64,000 nt of DNA from an uncultured Candidatus Saccharibacteria bacterium. Lineage in GTDB: Bacteria; Patescibacteriota; Doudnabacteria; UBA920. The stretch is from NCBI GenBank assembly GCA_964600695.1, contig CAZRKK010000001.1:168647-232646 (forward strand). Reading direction: 5' to 3'. This document shows positions 48,542-56,729 of the stretch, piece after piece (position 1 is the first letter of the stretch; every line of letters begins with the position of its first letter). Position numbers and translations under genes: made by a program. Below the pieces are notes generated by a model. The model saw only the letters and a program-made list of their open reading frames with translations. It was not told the DNA's origin and did not search any database.

Positions 48542-50212
48542 TTATTCACCTCTAGGATTGAATTTGGCCGAAGGACTTGGACCACGAGGGTTAATTGAGG
48601 TAACACCTTTTACAGAACCTTCTTCACTAATGACACCATTATTGTTAAACTGTGCTTTTGGCAAATTAGAAGCTAACTCACCAATCGCACCATTCATGGC
48701 CTGGAACCCAGCTTCCTTAAAGATCTTTGATGAACTCTTACCTCCAGTTAATAAATTACTAAGGAAGTTACTAGCAACGTCGGAAAGGAAGTTAGCATAG
48801 AATGGTAAGTTATCGCTCTTCAGCTGAGAACCTTGGTCTAGATGTTGTTTTACAAAGTTATTTAACTGATCACCGACAAATGAAGCAGGTGAATCGATTG
48901 CTTTACAAATATCAATTACAGGCTCAGCATCTTGTGATGGTAAATCCTTGTACTTCTTTTCGATCTCATTGAAGGCTGCCTGAGCTTTATCCAACTCGGC
49001 TTTAGTTGTCTTTTTAGCTTTATAAGCCTTTTGTAATTTAGAGAGAACATCTGCTGCAGCTACTAACTCGTTAGTAGCGGTTTCGTACTTAGTATCAATT
49101 TGTTGTTGTAATTCTAACGAACCAGAACAATCACGTGGTGGGGCAAAGCCATTACTTTGATCCACCTCAGCTTGAGCAGATTGTTGTCCGGCTGCTTTAA
49201 CTTTTAGTGCTTGATCTTGAGCTGTTTGGAACTGAAAAGCAGTACTTGCCTGCTCACTGCCAAACGCTGCTAAACACTTCAAAGAATCCATATTCTCTAC
49301 ATCTAGCTGACCAATGCCGTTACATTGAGAGCCTAAGTAGTCTTGGGCTTTAGTTGAAGCAAAAGCTTGGGCAATTTTTGCTTTTTGAGGAATTTTGTCA
49401 CTTTGAATAAGTGAACGCATCATCATTTGAGTCCGAGCATCACCTTTAAAATTCTCGTTGATATACTTCATGGAATAAACCTGAGTAGCTACAGCATCAC
49501 CATAAGCGAGGTAATCATCAATCTTATACTTCTCTACCATGCTGTTTACTAATTTTGTAGTCAGGTTTTTATTCAAATTTAGAACAAGTTTAACCATAAA
49601 GGCTTTTAACACATCCTTTACGCTTGCATTCTGACGAGCTTTTAAATCTTCGGTAATCTTTCTAAGGGATTCACTCACTTTAGTATATTTGTCTTGCTCC
49701 CTTTGAACATCTTGACCCATAGTCAAAGTTTGACTAGAAATCTCGCTAAGTAATCGAATATAAATATCTACACACTCTTTAGCTGCAACTGCTTTAACTA
49801 TGCTTTTTGATAACTTTGTAGATTCCCCAATTCCTCCCCCAATTATGCTTAAGAACGAACTACTAGAAACGTCAATAATTGTATCCACCTTGTCTGCGGA
49901 ATCAACAGCCTTTAATATTTTGTCGCAAGTCTCTCCTACTGCACCACGAGCAGCCTTTATAGTACCCTCTGAAACACCTGGTGTATAAATTCTTAAATTA
50001 AGTGGCGACAATGGTGATTCAATTGTCGGCACAGCTAAGGCCTGTGCATAAGAAGACTTCGCGGAAAATAAAAACGCACCACTCATTGAAGTAGTAACTA
50101 AAACAAAAATTAAAGTAGCAACTACTTTATTTTGGATATTATTATTTTTACGAAGTAAATTCATTTTTGTTTTTCGACTATAAAGAAATTTGATACTTAG
50201 ACTCGATTTCAA
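48542..50212 (-). CDS. secreted or membrane-anchored hypothetical protein (556 aa) with a coiled-coil-rich mature part
   Basis: It has an N-terminal signal anchor (VVATLIFVLVTTSMSGAFLF...AQA). The start may instead be the internal Met at about 50164, which would remove the overlap with the upstream gene. Confidence 0.5.
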   Translation of the reverse strand: MKSSLSIKFLYSRKTKMNLLRKNNNIQNKVVATLIFVLVTTSMSGAFLFSAKSSYAQALAVPTIESPLSPLNLRIYTPGVSEGTIKAARGAVGETCDKILKAVDSADKVDTIIDVSSSSFLSIIGGGIGESTKLSKSIVKAVAAKECVDIYIRLLSEISSQTLTMGQDVQREQDKYTKVSESLRKITEDLKARQNASVKDVLKAFMVKLVLNLNKNLTTKLVNSMVEKYKIDDYLAYGDAVATQVYSMKYINENFKGDARTQMMMRSLIQSDKIPQKAKIAQAFASTKAQDYLGSQCNGIGQLDVENMDSLKCLAAFGSEQASTAFQFQTAQDQALKVKAAGQQSAQAEVDQSNGFAPPRDCSGSLELQQQIDTKYETATNELVAAADVLSKLQKAYKAKKTTKAELDKAQAAFNEIEKKYKDLPSQDAEPVIDICKAIDSPASFVGDQLNNFVKQHLDQGSQLKSDNLPFYANFLSDVASNFLSNLLTGGKSSSKIFKEAGFQAMNGAIGELASNLPKAQFNNNGVISEEGSVKGVTSINPRGPSPSAKFNPRGE

Positions 50213-50915
50213 TTTTGATACTAGAAATTTTATCCATCAGACTAAACAGTGCACTACTGTATTGAGCTAAACCACTATCATCGCCGGAAAAAGATTCTGC
50301 TAATTTAGAAATTGTCTGGTAATAAAAAATGTTGTACTTATGATAATTTACTAGTTCAGTCGGTACAGCAATTTCTGACATGTCTTTAATAATATCTTTC
50401 GCTTGGGCCGAAGTTTTTGCATACAAAGCTTTGTCACTGCTATTTAAGTTTGCGAATAATTCTGCAGTGTCATAATAGCTTTCGATTTGCAAAATCTTAT
50501 CTGCATAATTTTGAATTGTTTGCGTGTTAGTTGGAACAACTGTTTTAATAGAAATTAAATCTAATTGTTCTTGACTAAACAATTGTTCGGCACTTGGTAC
50601 TTCGTCTAATCCGATTGCGGCACCAAGCACTGCACCATCTGCTTGACCACGATCTAATAATGCAAATTGATTTTCTAATTCTTGTTGATATTGTTCTTCA
50701 TCTATCACACCAGCATCTGCGTAAACTTGATTACGAACTTGATCGTAAGTTAACATGGGTTGTGTTTCTTCTTCTGCCTGAGAGAACATCGCTGAGACAC
50801 TAATGTTTGTTCTTGGAATAACCAGTAAACCAAAAACAAATACCGCCGCTAACATAATGAAAGCGTGGTTAAGTGTAAATCCTAATTCTTGTAATTTTGT
50901 TTTTATTTTATTCAT
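50178..50915 (-). CDS. bitopic membrane protein (245 aa) with a VirB8-like topology (N-terminal TM helix plus a periplasmic domain)
   Basis: The TM helix is AFIMLAAVFVFGLLVIP. Topology and size are reminiscent of VirB8/PrgL, but there is no sequence motif to confirm it. Confidence 0.4.
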   Translation of the reverse strand: MNKIKTKLQELGFTLNHAFIMLAAVFVFGLLVIPRTNISVSAMFSQAEEETQPMLTYDQVRNQVYADAGVIDEEQYQQELENQFALLDRGQADGAVLGAAIGLDEVPSAEQLFSQEQLDLISIKTVVPTNTQTIQNYADKILQIESYYDTAELFANLNSSDKALYAKTSAQAKDIIKDMSEIAVPTELVNYHKYNIFYYQTISKLAESFSGDDSGLAQYSSALFSLMDKISSIKIEIESKYQISL

Positions 50916-50943
50916 TTTGTTTTTGATGTTCTATCTAGATACG

Positions 50944-51303
50944 TTAGGATGTTCCTATTTGAGAAATTGGAAAGATCGGATACATCGGGCAAGGAATTGG
51001 TGGTACTAAAAAAGTTCCAAGAACAAGAGTACCTTTAGTGTATAAATTGAAGCGCTCATAAACTTGAGAAGTTGGAACAACTGTAATCGGTAAGGGAGAA
51101 CCTGTCATATAATTATTAACAATCGTATGAGCCACAGGACAAGTCGGTGTTGGTGGTACAAATTCTTCTACAGAACCAGCAAAAGGGATACCAGAAGGTA
51201 TCACAAATTGTGCTTGAGTTTTGTACGCTTGACCAGGCAAAATAAGAAAAAGCCCAGCTAATAAAACTACCGAAGCTATTCTTTCGAGATATTCTTTATA
51301 CAT
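50944..51303 (-). CDS. small secreted Pro-rich protein (119 aa), the first gene of the T4SS-like operon
   Basis: A signal peptide (VVLLAGLFLILPGQAYKTQA) is followed by a roughly 90-aa Pro-rich mature region with two Cys. Confidence 0.45.
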   Translation of the reverse strand: MYKEYLERIASVVLLAGLFLILPGQAYKTQAQFVIPSGIPFAGSVEEFVPPTPTCPVAHTIVNNYMTGSPLPITVVPTSQVYERFNLYTKGTLVLGTFLVPPIPCPMYPIFPISQIGTS

Positions 51304-51336
51304 ATTCGATTGTATTTTTATTTTTGTTTCGATTTT

Positions 51337-51356
51337 GTTCTACACATTGGTAGAAC
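51337..51356. promoter_or_regulatory. inverted repeat GTTCTAC-N6-GTAGAAC in the leader of the T4SS-like operon (candidate operator)
   Basis: gttctacacattggtagaac forms perfect 7-bp arms. It lies between the -10 element and the first start codon. Confidence 0.45.
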
Positions 51357-51374
51357 TTCTAAACTTGTAGTATT

Positions 51375-51403
51375 ATTATAGCAGAAATTACTAAATTTTG
51401 CAA
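51375..51403 (-). promoter_or_regulatory. consensus sigma70 promoter (minus strand) TTGCAA-N17-TATAAT driving the T4SS-like operon
   Basis: On the minus strand, ttgcaa (plus 51398-51403) is followed by a 17-nt spacer and tataat (plus attata 51375-80). The leader is about 65 nt. Confidence 0.6.
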
Positions 51404-51406
51404 GTC

Positions 51407-51925
51407 ATGAAAACCAAAATCTATTTACTCATTTTAAGTTCGTGTATTGTGCTATTAAGTGCTGGTTGCTACAAACAAGATCACGAGCTATTACGTCCCA
51501 GCATGGAGAATAACCAATCAACAGTTGACACAATTTTAGCCGAAAACTACAACACACCAATTACAGTTGGAGATAGAAAACTTTCCGTAGAAATTGTTGA
51601 TACTGACGAGAGCAGAAAACTTGGTTTGTCTAATCGCGCAACTTTATTAGAGGGTAAGGGAATGTTATTTGATTTTACAAACACAGACACTACCCTACCA
51701 AGCTTCTGGATGAAGGATATGAATTTTGATCTCGATATAATTTGGATTAATCAAAATAAAATTATAGGAATAACAACAAACGTACCAGCACCAAAAAATA
51801 AAAACATTAGCGAGACGTTATTACCAAGTTATCCTCCACCCTCGGCCATTACCCACGTCTTAGAAGTTCCGAGTGGTTGGAGTAAAAAAAATAATATTAA
51901 GACTGGTGACGAAATAAAAATATAA
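51407..51925 (+). CDS. DUF192-family lipoprotein
   Basis: A lipobox (LLSAGCY) and GMLFDF...WMKDMNFDLDIIWIN, the DUF192 core, are present. The ATG at 51407 is preferred over the TTG at 51398. Confidence 0.6.
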   Translation: MKTKIYLLILSSCIVLLSAGCYKQDHELLRPSMENNQSTVDTILAENYNTPITVGDRKLSVEIVDTDESRKLGLSNRATLLEGKGMLFDFTNTDTTLPSFWMKDMNFDLDIIWINQNKIIGITTNVPAPKNKNISETLLPSYPPPSAITHVLEVPSGWSKKNNIKTGDEIKI

Positions 51926-51953
51926 AAACTCTTCCTGATGGAAGAGTTTTAAA

Positions 51954-52802
51954 TTATTTTACAGAGTTGAGTTCGGTGACTAAATCTATCCATTGCTTGA
52001 TAGTTAACTGTTGAGGTCGAAGCTGTGGATCAAGTTTTAATTTACTTAGAATTTTTAAAACAACATCTTTCGGCATTCCAAAATTATTTGTCAACGTATT
52101 GTGAATCTGTTTTCGTTTACCTGTAAAGCACGCTCGTAATACTTTAAATAATTTTTGCTCTGTTGTAGAATCCATTTTGTATTTAGATTTTTTATGCAGT
52201 TCAATATGCACCACTGCACTGTCTACTTTTGGTGCCGGAAAAAACTTTCTCGCTGGAACGACTTCAACTAATTTTGCATCCGCATAAAGTTGAACAGAGA
52301 TTGCCAGCAGGTTCAAGCTCCCCTCTTTGGCAGTAAGATTATTAGCAACTTCTTTTTGCATTAACAAAGTTAAACTTGTTGGTTTATGTTCACGCTTCAA
52401 AAAGTACTGAACAATTTTTCCAGTTACATAGTACGGAATGTTTGCCACAACTTTATAATCATTTTTAACTGCATCACCGGTTAACACAGAATCAATATCA
52501 GTTTCTAAAATATCTGCTAACACATATTTAAAATTCTTATGCTTCTTTTTAAGAGAGTTAAGGACATTTGTAAACTGTGGATCTTTTTCGACAGAAAATA
52601 CTGAGCCAGCTTTTTCTAATAAAAATTTTGTTAGGTTACCAATTCCAGGACCAACTTCTACTACAACATCTTTATCACCAACTTTAGCGACATCCAACAT
52701 ATCTTGTAAAACAATTTCGTCCAATAAAAAATGCTGACCAAAAGTTTTGTTTGGGCTTAGTCCGTAATCTATTAATAATTGTTTAAGAGTTTCTGGAGTC
52801 AT
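51954..52802 (-). CDS. rsmA: 16S rRNA (adenine1518/1519-N6)-dimethyltransferase
   Basis: FGQHFLLDEIVLQDML and a SAM-binding VVEVGPGIGNLT motif are present. Confidence 0.85.
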   Translation of the reverse strand: MTPETLKQLLIDYGLSPNKTFGQHFLLDEIVLQDMLDVAKVGDKDVVVEVGPGIGNLTKFLLEKAGSVFSVEKDPQFTNVLNSLKKKHKNFKYVLADILETDIDSVLTGDAVKNDYKVVANIPYYVTGKIVQYFLKREHKPTSLTLLMQKEVANNLTAKEGSLNLLAISVQLYADAKLVEVVPARKFFPAPKVDSAVVHIELHKKSKYKMDSTTEQKLFKVLRACFTGKRKQIHNTLTNNFGMPKDVVLKILSKLKLDPQLRPQQLTIKQWIDLVTELNSVK

Positions 52803-52811
52803 GAAATTAAA

Positions 52812-55085
52812 TTAATCATCGAACGGAACGTATCTAACATTCTCTTCGTCGTCTTCACCCTCGAGCCCGCTACTTTCAATAGCAGCCAGATTGCCATTCA
52901 ACTTAATAGCTCCTTGTGGTAATGCCCGTAAAATCCGAGAAGGAGCATTGGCCTGAAAACTTCCGTACATTTGCCTGCTCTTAGCATACACTAAAAATAA
53001 TCTTTTGCGTGCCCTAGTTAAACCCACATATGCCAAACGAATCTCTTCGGCTAATTCACTTGGATTAAGTAAACTGTTTGAATGAGGCAAAACTCCTTCT
53101 TCCAAACCAACAAAAAACACTGTATCAAACTCCAAACCCTTTGCCGCATGGAGAGTCATTAACGTCACAACATTTTTTGTATCTGAGGTTTTATCTAAAT
53201 CTGTAATTAAAGCGACTTCCTCTAAAAACTCTAATAAACCTTCTTGCCAAGGCAGATGGTCAAACTTTGAAGTTACATTGAATAATTCGCGGATATTTTC
53301 TATCCGAGTTTCGCCTTGATCAGTACCGTCTTTATAAAACTCTTCGATACCAGAAAGCTTCACTACAACCTTTAACAACTCGCTGACTGTGGTTTCCTCG
53401 GGGACAATCTGAGCTTTGTGCAACATTTCGAAGAATTTATGCAGACTTTCAGTTTGCCGCGGGGGTAGGCTAATTAAACCGAGCCGTCTGACTGCCTCTG
53501 CAACATCTGTCACACCTGTCTGAGTTAACACAAATTCACGAATAGTATCCATGGCCTTATCTCCTATTCCGCGCGGTGGTAAATTCACTACTCTTCGCAA
53601 TGAAGTGAAATCGAAAGGATTAACTAACAAACGCAAGTAAGCTAAGGTGTCTTTTATTTCTTTACGTTCATAGTACTTAACTCCACCAACAATTTGATAT
53701 GGAATACCTGCTTCAATAAAAACTTCTTCAATTTCACGGGACTGCGCATGAGTTCTATACAATACAGCCATCTCGTTTAATCCACTATGATCTTTTGGAA
53801 GTTGTGGTACGAAACCTCCATAAGTTCCGCGACCGCCTCCAAAACCGCCTGTAGAAGTGAAACCACCGTTTGAAGAAAAACCACCGCCGCCATTGCGTTT
53901 GTAACTATTTCTTTGTTTAGCCAAGAATGTATCTAAAATAGAAAAAGACTGGGTTTGAATTTCTTGCTCTTCTTCAACAAAATCTTCTTCGTGAAAACCA
54001 TCATCACCGTTGAAATCACCAACAGTAGCATCTTGTTCATATTCAAGATCGTCATGCTTCTTTGTAGCCAAACGCACTACGTGCTTAGCAATAAACAGAG
54101 CCTCCGCACGCCCATCGTAAACCTCCTCGATTAATACCTTGTCACCATCATCATTATTAGTCCAAAGTGTTTTTGGTTTTTGATCATGATTTAACTCAAT
54201 GACTTTTTGAGCAGCAGCCAATATATTTTTGGTCGAACGATAATTTTGCTCTAGTTTAATTACAGTACTTTTTGGAAAGTCTTTTTCGAAATTAAGAATA
54301 TTGGCTATATTACTCCCACGGAAACCATAAATACTCTGAGCATCATCACCTACCACAAATAAATTTCCTTTATTTGCTAACAAATGCAAGAAAGTATACT
54401 GAGCCTGATTAGTATCTTGATATTCATCTACTAATACATAAGGCCACAACGTTTGGAATTGACGTAAAATTTCTGGAAAGGTTTGGAACAAGACTATTGG
54501 CAACATTAACAGGTCATCAAAATCAACAGAATTTTGTTTATACAAAAAGTCTTGATATCTTGCGTAAACCTGACCAACTATATCGTGCATATGACCTTCA
54601 AGACCCACATTTAGATTAGCTGAGGTTTGCAACAAGTTCTTGGCTCCAGAAATGTAGGCGCGGAATAATGTCGGTGCATACTGTTTGGGTATGTTCAGAT
54701 CTTTTAAGATATCCTTAATAATCTTGACCTGATCATCACCATCAAGAATGGCAAATCCAGAATTATAACCAAGCTTAACTATATACTTTCTTAAAATCCG
54801 AACCCCAATAGAATGAAAAGTTCCTAAGGCAGGTTGAGTATAAAATTTATGATCACTTTCTGCTATTAAGTTAGCCACTCTGGTCTGCATTTCTTTGGCA
54901 GCTTTATTAGTAAAAGTCACAGCTAAAATCTGATCTGGCTTAAAGAGGCCTTGCTCTATAATATAAGCTATTCGGTAGGTCAAAACCCTGGTCTTACCAC
55001 TGCCAGCACCAGCCAAAACTAAAACCGGCCCAAGTGGGGCGGTCACAGCTTGTCTTTGACGATCGTTGAGTGAATTTAAGTCCAT
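52812..55085 (-). CDS. uvrD: UvrD/PcrA-family SF1 DNA helicase with a Gly-rich insertion
   Basis: Walker A (AGAGSGKTRVLTYRIAYII), DEYQDTN and the QNYRST motif are present. An inserted NGGGGFSSNGGFTSTGGFGGGRGTYGGF segment sits at about aa 395-425. Confidence 0.85.
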   Translation of the reverse strand: MDLNSLNDRQRQAVTAPLGPVLVLAGAGSGKTRVLTYRIAYIIEQGLFKPDQILAVTFTNKAAKEMQTRVANLIAESDHKFYTQPALGTFHSIGVRILRKYIVKLGYNSGFAILDGDDQVKIIKDILKDLNIPKQYAPTLFRAYISGAKNLLQTSANLNVGLEGHMHDIVGQVYARYQDFLYKQNSVDFDDLLMLPIVLFQTFPEILRQFQTLWPYVLVDEYQDTNQAQYTFLHLLANKGNLFVVGDDAQSIYGFRGSNIANILNFEKDFPKSTVIKLEQNYRSTKNILAAAQKVIELNHDQKPKTLWTNNDDGDKVLIEEVYDGRAEALFIAKHVVRLATKKHDDLEYEQDATVGDFNGDDGFHEEDFVEEEQEIQTQSFSILDTFLAKQRNSYKRNGGGGFSSNGGFTSTGGFGGGRGTYGGFVPQLPKDHSGLNEMAVLYRTHAQSREIEEVFIEAGIPYQIVGGVKYYERKEIKDTLAYLRLLVNPFDFTSLRRVVNLPPRGIGDKAMDTIREFVLTQTGVTDVAEAVRRLGLISLPPRQTESLHKFFEMLHKAQIVPEETTVSELLKVVVKLSGIEEFYKDGTDQGETRIENIRELFNVTSKFDHLPWQEGLLEFLEEVALITDLDKTSDTKNVVTLMTLHAAKGLEFDTVFFVGLEEGVLPHSNSLLNPSELAEEIRLAYVGLTRARKRLFLVYAKSRQMYGSFQANAPSRILRALPQGAIKLNGNLAAIESSGLEGEDDEENVRYVPFDD

Positions 55086-55094
55086 GTGTGATTA

Positions 55095-55103
55095 ATTATA
55101 CCA
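55095..55103 (-). promoter_or_regulatory. extended -10 element TGGTATAAT about 9 nt upstream of the uvrD ATG, predicting a near-leaderless transcript
   Basis: The plus strand reads attatacca at 55095-55103. The ATG (minus strand) is at 55085. Confidence 0.4.
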
Positions 55104-55755
55104 TCAATTTTGACCCATTAGTTTTGATGTGCTGACTGCCAATTTTCCGCATATTTATGCGGTGTGTGGATAAAAAATGGCTTAACTCTAGGGTGTATTC
55201 CGAGTAATCCCCAACTAAGCTTGAAATCCCCAAACAGCCCTGTTAAACTACAAAAGTAATTGCTCAACTTGTTAAGTTTTGGTAGCAATTTTTCTATTAA
55301 ATACACGTTTTTAGTTAACTATTATTCATATATTTGGTGGCATCCGGAGGGAGATTTTGACTACAAATAGTCGATTCTGAAGCTGATCAAAAGTATGATT
55401 TACAGGTACGAATATACCCGCTTCACATTTAACTCAATATATCGTAAAACTACTTAAAAGATACTGGCTAATTAGTCAGTACCTGTTTAAGAAAATTTGG
55501 CACTCTACAAAGTCCCAATACCCACACATCTCAAAACTTTATACTAATCATTTTCCTTCTGTTCAGATTAATCAAAAACTGAACGTCTGGGATTATTCTG
55601 TAAACTTCTCTAGCGAAATATTAGTTGGAGTTGTAGTTTTTGCTATCGCGATTGTAAACCTAATCGTTTTTAATCCGTTAAAAGCTGAGTACAACCACAA
55701 CGACAATAGTCTCGCTGCTCAACTACTTCACTATCACCCTACTCTTAATGTAGCT

Positions 55756-56643
55756 TTGGCTAATAAACAAAACACAGTAAGTACAAAAGTAGCCAGCGAA
55801 GGTGTCTTCTCCCAAGCTAGCGCAAGTTCTAATGATATTCTTGGATCCACCCAAGAAGCTACAGAACTACCTCAAGAAATTCAAATTGAAGATAGTGGGA
55901 TTACTAAACCAAACCCAGACAGCGTTAAGAGTTTAGCTGCTCATCAAGTAAAAATTTATAAGACCAAACCTTTTGACACTGTTTACACTGTTGCGGCCCA
56001 GTTTGGCTTGAGTCCAAAAACAATCAGAGAGACTAACAGCCTACCAAGCAATGCCCTATTAGCTGATTGGGATTTAATTATTCCACCTGTTGATGGAATT
56101 GTTATTCAAGTTACTAACCCTAATCTAACCTTAACTGATGTTGCGCAATACTATTCTGCTGACATTAAGCAAATCGTTTCTAAGAATGGACTAGAAGACG
56201 AAGAAGACATGGTAGACATGGGTGGTTTCTTAGTTATCCCTGGTGGAAGCCTGCCAAAGCCAAAAGCACCAGTAGCTAGTGTTCCTAAAAAATTCACTCC
56301 TTCAGTACCACGCGCTGCTAATATTAGTGGCAACCATAAGTTTGCTGGCGGATACTGTACCGATTACGTCGCTCGCAATGTCTCTGGAGTAACTTGGGGT
56401 GGCAATGCTAACCAATGGATTGGCAACGCTAAAGCTAAAGGTGTTAAGGTTGACAGGAATCCGGTTGCAGGTGCAATTTTAGTAACGAGTGAAAACCGTC
56501 GCTATGGTCACGTAGCCAAAATTGAAAGCGTTAGCGGAGACAAAGTTACTTTTAGTGAGTGGAACTACGCTGGTCTATACAAGAAGACGACCAGAACTAT
56601 GGATATTGACGATGCGCGCATCAAAGGTGTAATCCATCCTTAA
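55756..56643 (+). CDS. LysM-LysM-CHAP peptidoglycan hydrolase. The start is uncertain: the called start is TTG, and the in-frame upstream sequence encodes a TM helix.
   Basis: Two LysM motifs (YKTKPFDTVYTVAAQFGL, VIQVTNPNLTLTDVAQYY) and a C-terminal CHAP domain (GGYCTDYVARNV...GHVAKIE) are present. An open in-frame stretch from 55573 encodes ILVGVVVFAIAIVNLIVF. Confidence 0.7.
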   Translation: MANKQNTVSTKVASEGVFSQASASSNDILGSTQEATELPQEIQIEDSGITKPNPDSVKSLAAHQVKIYKTKPFDTVYTVAAQFGLSPKTIRETNSLPSNALLADWDLIIPPVDGIVIQVTNPNLTLTDVAQYYSADIKQIVSKNGLEDEEDMVDMGGFLVIPGGSLPKPKAPVASVPKKFTPSVPRAANISGNHKFAGGYCTDYVARNVSGVTWGGNANQWIGNAKAKGVKVDRNPVAGAILVTSENRRYGHVAKIESVSGDKVTFSEWNYAGLYKKTTRTMDIDDARIKGVIHP

Positions 56644-56680
56644 ATCTACTCTGATAACCACTCTCAAAAATTTAGTACTA

Positions 56681-56712
56681 AAAACCCCTGCCAAATTGGT
56701 AGGGGTTTTAAA
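56681..56712. terminator. bidirectional terminator between convergent genes
   Basis: Hairpin aaacccctgccaaattggtaggggttt carries T-runs. Confidence 0.5.
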
Positions 56713-56729
56713 TTGTCTTAATTCATTGA

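Noticed and set aside
51337-51356. LexA/Cheo-box interpretation of the inverted repeat in the T4SS-like operon leader
   Set aside because: The Gram-positive SOS box is GAAC-N4-GTTC. This site is GTTCTAC-N6-GTAGAAC, with opposite half-site orientation and a different spacing.
55307-55755. SRP/4.5S RNA, RNase P RNA or tmRNA in the long intergenic region
   Set aside because: The universally conserved motifs were not found: the SRP domain IV GGAA/AGCAGCC context, RNase P P4 AGGAAAGTCCGGGCTCC, and the tmRNA tRNA-like ends. A CCGGAGGGAG stretch at about 55338 only superficially resembles SRP RNA.
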